Part shown: positions 17,111 to 23,748 of the stretch, piece after piece
How the letters are laid out: every line of letters starts with the position of its first letter
Position numbering within the stretch: position 1 is the first letter of the stretch
Assembly: GCA_001773215.1 (NCBI GenBank)
Contig: MEWB01000001.1
Span: forward strand, 478,479-542,478
Reading direction: 5' to 3'
Length of the DNA stretch: 64,000 nt
Origin: a candidate division WWE3 bacterium RIFOXYC1_FULL_40_10
GTDB taxonomy: Bacteria; Patescibacteriota; WWE3; UBA101185; UBA10185
The notes under the pieces: model-generated
Told to the model about the DNA's origin: nothing
What the model saw: only the letters and a program-made list of their open reading frames with translations
Databases searched by the model: none
Translations under genes and position numbers: made by a program

Positions 17111-18420
17111 ATCCTAGCTCCTAAACTTTCTAATTTGGGAATAAAGCATTCCATGTACTTTGCAACCTTTTCTATACCACTTACTTCACTCTTCCCCTCT
17201 GCGGCCAATGCTGCTGCCACCTGTACGGCCCCGTATCGAAAATCAGATATCTCAAGTCGAGTGCCCTTTAGTTTTGTCGGGCCTTCAACTCTTGCTACAC
17301 TCAACGGTTCTCCCATTTTCTCCAAGTCATATAACTCATCGCTAATAACAGGCACCAACCCAACCTCTGTCGGCTTCGCTAAGTTAATTCTAGCACCCAT
17401 TCTGTTTAAGTCTTTAACAAACCCGAACCCATTAATAGTTACTGTATCATGAACGAAACTTTCTCCGTTTGCCTGAGTAAGTAGCAATGTAACCATCGAC
17501 TGCCAAGCCGAATTTATCCCTGGGGTTGGAGTTATATCTACGTTAACATGACTTAAAATTTCTCCATTTGACCACACTTTTAGGTCATTTCCTTCAAAAG
17601 CGAACTTGGCGCCCATTTTATCCAATAAATGGACAAGCGGAATAACCACGGTTTTATTCACACCCTGAATAGTTATATTTCCCTGTGTAAGGATCGCCAA
17701 AATTGCGAAAGTTGCTATTTCGATTTTATCAGGCTGAACTAAGAATTTAGCCCCCTTGAAATTAGACGCACACTTTATTTTTATTTTCTTGGGCTCCGGG
17801 TTGGAAATGTCTGCACCTATCAACCTGCAAAAATTGATTAAATCCTCAACTTCGCCTTCTTCAGATGCATTTGTGATTTCCGTTTCTCCATTAGCAAATA
17901 TGGAAGATAAAATCGCGTTATCTGTCCCTATGTGACTCGGAATTTTAAAGTGTATCTGCCCACCCTTGGCCTCAGATCCATCTAGTAGAAAGTGATCTCC
18001 TGTATCGATTACTTTGATACCTAACGATTCCCATGTGTCTAGCAATCTATTATAGGGCTGCTCAGAGAATTCCCCTAAGTACTTGGGCAGTAGCGCTTTA
18101 CCAAATCGATATAAGAGCGGACCTGCTATTAACATCGCGGTTCTATAACGTGACCCTATTTCTTGGGGCACTTCGTAACTTGAGATTCCCGCCCCACTTA
18201 TAATAAGTCTATTGTTTCCGCTCCACTCTGCCATGGCACCAATACTTCTTATTACGGCTAAATCCTCGTCGATGGAAATAACGTCGGGAACATTTTCGAG
18301 TACAACCTCTTCGGAACTAAACAATGCCGCATATATTAATTTCAATGCTGAATTTCGGGAACCTGCCGGCTTTATAAATCCTGAGAGAGGTTTACCTCCT
18401 TCAATGGCTAGAGTATCCAT
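17092..18420 (-). CDS. murA: UDP-N-acetylglucosamine 1-carboxyvinyltransferase MurA-like (enolpyruvyl transferase fold; active-site loop lacks Cys)
   Basis: N-terminal GGKPLSGFIKPAGSRNSALKLIYAAL (K22-type motif) and C-terminal KLESLGARIWKV (MurA-like end). In the loop aligned to E. coli PGGCTIGARPVD the sequence is PKYLGEFSEQPYN, with no Cys. Confidence 0.7.
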   Translation of the reverse strand: MDTLAIEGGKPLSGFIKPAGSRNSALKLIYAALFSSEEVVLENVPDVISIDEDLAVIRSIGAMAEWSGNNRLIISGAGISSYEVPQEIGSRYRTAMLIAGPLLYRFGKALLPKYLGEFSEQPYNRLLDTWESLGIKVIDTGDHFLLDGSEAKGGQIHFKIPSHIGTDNAILSSIFANGETEITNASEEGEVEDLINFCRLIGADISNPEPKKIKIKCASNFKGAKFLVQPDKIEIATFAILAILTQGNITIQGVNKTVVIPLVHLLDKMGAKFAFEGNDLKVWSNGEILSHVNVDITPTPGINSAWQSMVTLLLTQANGESFVHDTVTINGFGFVKDLNRMGARINLAKPTEVGLVPVISDELYDLEKMGEPLSVARVEGPTKLKGTRLEISDFRYGAVQVAAALAAEGKSEVSGIEKVAKYMECFIPKLESLGARIWKVQK

Positions 18421-18421
18421 A

Positions 18422-18676
18422 CTAGGATAGAAGCATCAGAATGAACGAATTAATTACCAACAGCACTCCGAGTGCTATTGTTGTGTACAATATTAATTTC
18501 TCAACCCCACGCAACGACCTATACGCACCAAATGACCCTTTAAGCCCTTGAGTTAACCCTGCGTTTTTGGACTGAATTAATACGAGTACTGTTATAAGGA
18601 CCCCCAGTACAATTTGTGCTATTTTACTAATTATTAAATAATTCATAATGTCACTTTTTTGAAGCCAGCCAATCAA
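18422..18676 (-). CDS. secG: Preprotein translocase subunit SecG (probable)
   Basis: 84-aa two-TM protein with LIQSKNAGLTQGLKGSFGA, a Gly-rich loop similar to the SecG LLQ..G.G..GG motif. Confidence 0.5.
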   Translation of the reverse strand: MIGWLQKSDIMNYLIISKIAQIVLGVLITVLVLIQSKNAGLTQGLKGSFGAYRSLRGVEKLILYTTIALGVLLVINSFILMLLS

Positions 18677-19082
18677 AATATCCGTAAAATAAACTTACTG
18701 ATAAGGAGCTGACAACAAGAGCCGTTAGTCCTGTAAAGCTTTTAGATGGTAACACAAAGCCAAAAATTATCAAATTTTCCAAGTAGGCACTTTTAGCGCT
18801 AAACTCCGAAACTACTACAGAAAGCACGTATACAATAGCTAAAGTTAACACGAAGGACATAAACGAATAACCGAATCCTTTTGCCGGCAATGAAACAATT
18901 CCTAGTAGCGGTCGAAGGAAAAGGTAAAGGATAGTTAGTGCCAAAACAAATAGAAAATAAGCCTTAAATGGATTCGACCCGTAAACAAAAGATGAAAGTA
19001 AGCCTTGGGTAAATCCCAAAGAGAGGATAACGTAAGTTAGGGTTCTAACAAAGGATTTCATAACGTACCAATATTGTCCCAC
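18651..19082 (-). CDS. Small 4-TM membrane protein, DUF360/'phage holin family 4'-like
   Basis: 143-aa ORF, hydrophobic. LRPLLGIVSLP...LTLAIVYVL resembles the PF04020 pattern. The start may be an internal Met. Confidence 0.4.
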   Translation of the reverse strand: MGQYWYVMKSFVRTLTYVILSLGFTQGLLSSFVYGSNPFKAYFLFVLALTILYLFLRPLLGIVSLPAKGFGYSFMSFVLTLAIVYVLSVVVSEFSAKSAYLENLIIFGFVLPSKSFTGLTALVVSSLSVSLFYGYFDWLASKK

Positions 19083-19136
19083 GATAAAGATCCTGTTTCA
19101 AATTTCGGTTCAAAACAGGATCTTCATAAACAGCTG

Positions 19137-19424
19137 TCAGGGAAGCTTTTCGAATTCCAGGGTGTACCCTGCCTGTTCAAAAGCTGTTATCACGTCCTCT
19201 TCGCGGTTGCCAAGGAAGATTGCTGTGAAATGTTCTCCATACTCCTCTACCTTTCCCCCTGTGGTTCTTGGAGAACCCTTTATTACGTCCTCTACAATAT
19301 CCCTCTCTGTAGAAAAGATCGTGAAAATACAGTTTCCAAACCTTACCAAAATATAATTTGGTCTTTCGGGTAACTGACGCCGGGTTGGTGCAGAATATAC
19401 CTTTTTACCATGCAGTTTGGCCAT
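19137..19424 (-). CDS. Hypothetical small protein (95 aa), GC-rich relative to flanks
   Basis: ATG at 19424 preceded by AGGAGG (spacer 5). Contains LPERP and ILVRFGN motifs resembling the other small GC-rich proteins in the window. Confidence 0.55.
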   Translation of the reverse strand: MAKLHGKKVYSAPTRRQLPERPNYILVRFGNCIFTIFSTERDIVEDVIKGSPRTTGGKVEEYGEHFTAIFLGNREEDVITAFEQAGYTLEFEKLP

Positions 19425-19553
19425 TTGTTCCTCCTTTTTCCTGTACCTACCGGTATTGTACCCCATAGCTCATTTGTTGCCAACACTATTTCCAAATTAG
19501 CTATGGGTTGTTTGACCTATCAAAGTATGCTAGAATGCACAAAAGGAGCTAAA

Positions 19554-19760
19554 ATGGTAAAAGACTACACTCGTATGCCTAGATCCACGGAGTTTGTGCT
19601 GATGCAGTCTCATGAATTTACTGTAGCTGGGTTCAAAGGAACTTTTTTCCTGCAAAAAGGTTATGATTCTCTTCCGGAAAAGTTCGCTCAGGCCCAAATG
19701 TGTGAGACCTGCGTCCGGGACGGAGTGATTTATACAATCTATCACTTGGTCCTTGCCTAA
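19554..19760 (+). CDS. Hypothetical small protein (68 aa)
   Basis: ATG at 19554 with AGGAG RBS. Divergent from 19137..19424. Followed by the hairpin terminator at 19778. Confidence 0.5.
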   Translation: MVKDYTRMPRSTEFVLMQSHEFTVAGFKGTFFLQKGYDSLPEKFAQAQMCETCVRDGVIYTIYHLVLA

Positions 19761-19777
19761 CGCCTACCCATCCATAA

Positions 19778-19812
19778 CCTTCGGGCAATTAACCACCCGA
19801 AGGTATTTTATT
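19778..19812. terminator. Bidirectional rho-independent terminator between convergent genes (19554..19760 + and uvrC -)
   Basis: 8-bp stem CCTTCGGG/CCCGAAGG with a 10-nt loop, followed by TATTTTATTTG. Confidence 0.6.
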
Positions 19813-21109
19813 TGTATAACTCTTTCTTTCGCAACTCGTGGTGGTATTTTTGGGCAAAGCGATGTGCCTCATCACGTAAAGACATTAATAACTGCAAACC
19901 CTTATTCTTTTTCCCCAGTCTCACTTCAAAAAATTCATTTTCTTTTTTGTACACCAGGGTTTCGAACTTCTTGGCCAATCCAACAACCGGAAAATTAACC
20001 CCTAAAGTATCCATCACTTTTAATACAGCAGAAAGCTGCCCCTTCCCACCATCCAGCACTATTAGGTCAGGAACGGGCCAGTCAGAATGGCCTAACCTTC
20101 TCTCCAAAACCTCTGCCAGCATTCCAAAATCATCAGGCTGTTCTTTTAATCTAATCTTAAACTTTTTATATTCGTTTTTATCTATTTTTCCATTTGTCGC
20201 TACAACAAGTGAACCAACTGAATCTTTTCCCGAAATATTCGAAATATCATAGCACTCTATCCTCTCCAAACTATTAAGTTGTAGGGGCAGCTGTAACTTT
20301 AACTCCTCCAAGCTTTGGAAAGCCAGATCGTTAACTAAATAGGGATTATCAACGTATTCCTGGGGGGTATGAAAAGTTTGGGTCAGATACTCAAATTTCG
20401 ATATAACATCCTTTACGGAACCTGCTTTCTCGTATTCAAGTTCAGCGGAATATTTTTTCATCTGTCTTGATAGCGTCTTTATTAATGCCGTGGACTTGCC
20501 TGCTAAAATCTTTTTAATTTTTTCGCTATTTTGTTTGTTTTGATCGATATTGCCAACACAGGGGGCAGGACATAGCCCTAAATGGCCATATAGGCATGGA
20601 GTGTGCAACCTGGCGTAGCGCGAAAACTTCGCCGGGCTACAATCACAGTAAGGAAAAACTTTACGTAATAACCTCAAGACTTGTTTTGCGTTTCTACCGT
20701 CGTTGTAAGGCCCAAAGATAGTGTCCCTTTTTGAGATAGTACCAAGGTCAGTTTCCCGCAATACTCCAATTCTTGGTACTTTTCCATTCCGAACTACTAT
20801 ATATAAAAAAGACTTATCGTCTTTCATTAAGATGTTGTATTTGGGGTAATACTTCTTTATTAACTGCGCCTCAAGGATAATGGCTTCGAATTCAGTTTGC
20901 GCCAGTATGTAATCCATTTCTGCAATATTTTGAACTAATGTATAAGTTTTTGAGGCTGGGTCCAGATTTTTTAAAAAGTAACTGCCGACTCTGCTTTTAA
21001 GACTTTTTGCTTTCCCAACATATATAACCTTCCCTTGTGCATTTTTGTAAATATACACTCCCGGAGATTTTGGCAAGTTCTTCACTTTTTCTGTAAGCAC
21101 ACTTTTCAT
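19808..21109 (-). CDS. uvrC: Excinuclease ABC subunit C (short form, no C-terminal HhH region evident)
   Basis: N-terminal GIY-YIG nuclease motif (PGVYIYKN...VIYVGKAKSLKSRV). Cys-rich UvrB-interacting segment. 433 aa versus a typical ~600 aa. Confidence 0.85.
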   Translation of the reverse strand: MKSVLTEKVKNLPKSPGVYIYKNAQGKVIYVGKAKSLKSRVGSYFLKNLDPASKTYTLVQNIAEMDYILAQTEFEAIILEAQLIKKYYPKYNILMKDDKSFLYIVVRNGKVPRIGVLRETDLGTISKRDTIFGPYNDGRNAKQVLRLLRKVFPYCDCSPAKFSRYARLHTPCLYGHLGLCPAPCVGNIDQNKQNSEKIKKILAGKSTALIKTLSRQMKKYSAELEYEKAGSVKDVISKFEYLTQTFHTPQEYVDNPYLVNDLAFQSLEELKLQLPLQLNSLERIECYDISNISGKDSVGSLVVATNGKIDKNEYKKFKIRLKEQPDDFGMLAEVLERRLGHSDWPVPDLIVLDGGKGQLSAVLKVMDTLGVNFPVVGLAKKFETLVYKKENEFFEVRLGKKNKGLQLLMSLRDEAHRFAQKYHHELRKKELYK

Positions 21110-21144
21110 AACTACATAATACTATTTTCGTGTAAAATAACGCT

Positions 21145-22854
21145 ATGAAAGCCAGACAATATCTTTATTTTGTATTCTCGGTAATATTGCTAAGTCATAT
21201 ACAAGTTGCGGCGTTTGAGGCTCAGTTCGCAACCGAATATCTGGTTGATTTCAGCATCCAACAAAACGGCGAAACCCAGGTTAACCAGCAAATTAACATA
21301 ACCAACCTAAAAGACGATGTAATCGCAACTAGCTATAGCTTTACCATAAAGTACTTCGAAATATTCGACGTAAGTGCCCAAGCTAACGGTAACAAGGCAA
21401 CTCCCAAAGTTGAGACTTCCGGAAACGAAACTACCATAGTTGTAAATATTGACGACTACGTAATAGGCAAAGGCAGACAAAACAAAATCGAGTTAACATA
21501 TAAGACACTGGATATAGCAACTAAGGTGGGTGAGGTGTGGAACATTAATATCCCAAAAACCCAGCTTAACAATGATACTTCCTCATATAACGTAACACTT
21601 GAGGTTAAGGAGTCATTGGGACCGAAAATATTCATCTCTCCTGTGCCCGACACCGAAAAATCCTCAGATGGAAACCATGTTTTTAATTTCACAAAAGAGT
21701 CGCTACGCAATACCGGAATTTCCGCATCCTTTGGAAGCTATCAAGTATTAAATTTTAAATTGAAATATCAAATTTCCAACCCTAACTATTTTTATGCAAA
21801 CTATGAGGTTGCACTTCCCCCGGACATTAAGATGCTACAGCAAGTTAAATACAGCACCATTACTCCATCCCCAAATAGCATAAAACTGGATGAAGATGGA
21901 AATGCTATTGCTACCTTTAGACTTAAACCAAAGCAGAAACTTCAAATTGAGTTAAATGGGGCAGCACGCTTAACAGGTAGGCAAATAAATCCGGCTTTCG
22001 GAGGTAAATTTGAATCCTTACCAAATACTTTGATTGAAAAGTATACAAAAGCTCAAAAATATTGGGAATCTGACTCAAAAGAAATAAAAGCAATTAGTAA
22101 CAAAATTATAGATACCAACCTTAATGTAAGCCAGAACGCTCAAAAAGCATACGATTACGTTACTGAAACATTATCCTATAACTTTGATGCACTAAAGGAA
22201 AACTTCATCGAAAGGGAAGGAGCGGTTGCCGCGGCGAACAATAAAAAACCTTTCACATGTATGGAATTTACGGACCTATTTGTAGCACTTGCCCGATCAA
22301 TGGGGATCCCTGCCCGGGAAATTAATGGATACGCTATTAACTCGGGAGAAACCACCAAACCTGTGTCGATTCAATTAAAGAATGGGGATTTGCTCCATTC
22401 GTGGGCTGAGTACTATGATCCTTTTTACGGTTGGGTACAGGTTGATCCAACTTGGGGAAATACATCCGGCATTGATTACTTCACCAAGTTAGATACTAAT
22501 CATCTCGCATTTGTAGTTAAAGGTATAGATTCTGAATATCCCTACCCGGCAGGCAGTTATAGGTTCAGCGATGAAGGCAAGTTAGTTGAGGTCGACTATG
22601 CACTTCAGGGCAGTCAAACACCGTTTGATACTTCACTTGAATTTAAGAAGTCGTTAAGCCTAAATTTAATCAAAATTATAAACGGAAACCAAAAGTACGA
22701 GGTTGAGAATTCTGGTGAGACTTTTGTATACGATATAGATAAAACCGGGCTAAATTTAGCTCCCAAACAAAAAGCCACAATCTGGATAAATAATACTGTG
22801 AAAGGGGTAAGTTATAAGGATTATGAGGATAAGGAATCTTTCTGGCCGTTATAA
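21145..22854 (+). CDS. Secreted transglutaminase-like (Cys-protease fold) domain protein
   Basis: Signal peptide. Core motif KPFTCMEFTDLFVALARSMGIPAREINGYA (TGase-like Cys). Downstream HSWAEYY/D and WVQVDPTW (His/Asp of the triad). Confidence 0.6.
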   Translation: MKARQYLYFVFSVILLSHIQVAAFEAQFATEYLVDFSIQQNGETQVNQQINITNLKDDVIATSYSFTIKYFEIFDVSAQANGNKATPKVETSGNETTIVVNIDDYVIGKGRQNKIELTYKTLDIATKVGEVWNINIPKTQLNNDTSSYNVTLEVKESLGPKIFISPVPDTEKSSDGNHVFNFTKESLRNTGISASFGSYQVLNFKLKYQISNPNYFYANYEVALPPDIKMLQQVKYSTITPSPNSIKLDEDGNAIATFRLKPKQKLQIELNGAARLTGRQINPAFGGKFESLPNTLIEKYTKAQKYWESDSKEIKAISNKIIDTNLNVSQNAQKAYDYVTETLSYNFDALKENFIEREGAVAAANNKKPFTCMEFTDLFVALARSMGIPAREINGYAINSGETTKPVSIQLKNGDLLHSWAEYYDPFYGWVQVDPTWGNTSGIDYFTKLDTNHLAFVVKGIDSEYPYPAGSYRFSDEGKLVEVDYALQGSQTPFDTSLEFKKSLSLNLIKIINGNQKYEVENSGETFVYDIDKTGLNLAPKQKATIWINNTVKGVSYKDYEDKESFWPL

Positions 22855-22897
22855 AAATACCACCCGTAAAATAAACTACGGGTGGAGAAATCGAAAT

Positions 22898-23287
22898 CTA
22901 GCGTCCACGCATTCGAGCAAGTGCCCGAGTAACATAAGATGCCGCCCGGCTCTGAACTTTCTGGAATTTCCGTTTATCCTCCCCATCCAGACCCAGTTCA
23001 AGACTCATAAGAACAGAGGCCAAGGAGTCCGGCGCATTCGACCACCCACGGGAAACAAAGGGTTCGAACTTCAACACCTTCACAGTAACTGTGACCTGAG
23101 TCCGATCCGAGTTAACTTCGCAGGACAGCACTTGGAATTGGCCAACACCGGTTCTGATCACAAACCCATGCTTAGCGGCAGGCTTGTAATGACCCAGAAT
23201 TTTTCCCAAAGATTCACCTTGGAAGATTACCCAATCCAGCTGATAACCCGTTTCGCTATTGATCAGTTCAACAAGGGCATTTTCCAT
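22898..23287 (-). CDS. Hypothetical protein (130 aa) in a ~52% GC islet
   Basis: The minus frame has protein-like composition (MENALVELINSETGYQLDWVIFQG...). The overlapping + ORF 22823..23296 is Arg-rich junk. Lies 19 nt downstream of 23307..23678. Confidence 0.5.
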   Translation of the reverse strand: MENALVELINSETGYQLDWVIFQGESLGKILGHYKPAAKHGFVIRTGVGQFQVLSCEVNSDRTQVTVTVKVLKFEPFVSRGWSNAPDSLASVLMSLELGLDGEDKRKFQKVQSRAASYVTRALARMRGR

Positions 23288-23306
23288 TTTTTCTAACCGC
23301 CTTTTT

Positions 23307-23678
23307 TTACCGAACTGGTTTTCCGCGCCCAAGGTCGGGGTTTGCCGGTGCGACTGAGAGGGGCTTAACATTCAGAACAACAACATAGTATTTCGAGGGA
23401 ATTTCAACAAAATCAGCCCCGCCCGAAGATACGCATTCTTCTACCTGTCCCGGCTCAAACACGTCGGCATGATCGTACTCTCGAATATAGGTGCTTTGCG
23501 GGGGTTTGAACTGTGTCCCTGGCATCAGCACCCCGTCAAAAAAGGCCTGGGCAATTTTTCCCACTTCGAGTGATTCAGGGGAGTGAAACAGAGTCGGCAA
23601 ACCATCCCTTCTTCCCTGCCTATCCCGCTCCTGCACCAACAATACGGTATTCTTTTCAGTCATTTCAGATACTGGCAT
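23307..23678 (-). CDS. Hypothetical protein (~124 aa) in the GC-rich islet, sharing motifs with the small GC-rich protein family
   Basis: Start chosen at MPVSEMTEKN (GGAGG 5 nt upstream). GLPTLFHSPESLEVG and IPSKYYVVVLNV resemble the motifs of 49046..49288 and 49302..49526. Confidence 0.5.
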   Translation of the reverse strand: MPVSEMTEKNTVLLVQERDRQGRRDGLPTLFHSPESLEVGKIAQAFFDGVLMPGTQFKPPQSTYIREYDHADVFEPGQVEECVSSGGADFVEIPSKYYVVVLNVKPLSVAPANPDLGRGKPVR

Positions 23679-23748
23679 TGGGTCCTCCATCTAAAGTTTG
23701 GTTGGAATTTCTATCGGCAATTGTATAATATCAATGACTATAAGTCAA

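Noticed and set aside
22823-23296. + strand 157-aa ORF overlapping the minus-strand gene in the GC-rich islet
   Set aside because: Its translation is Arg/Asn-rich and non-protein-like (RNRNLASTHSSK...). The opposite-strand frame has normal composition, a plausible start and 19-nt operon spacing.
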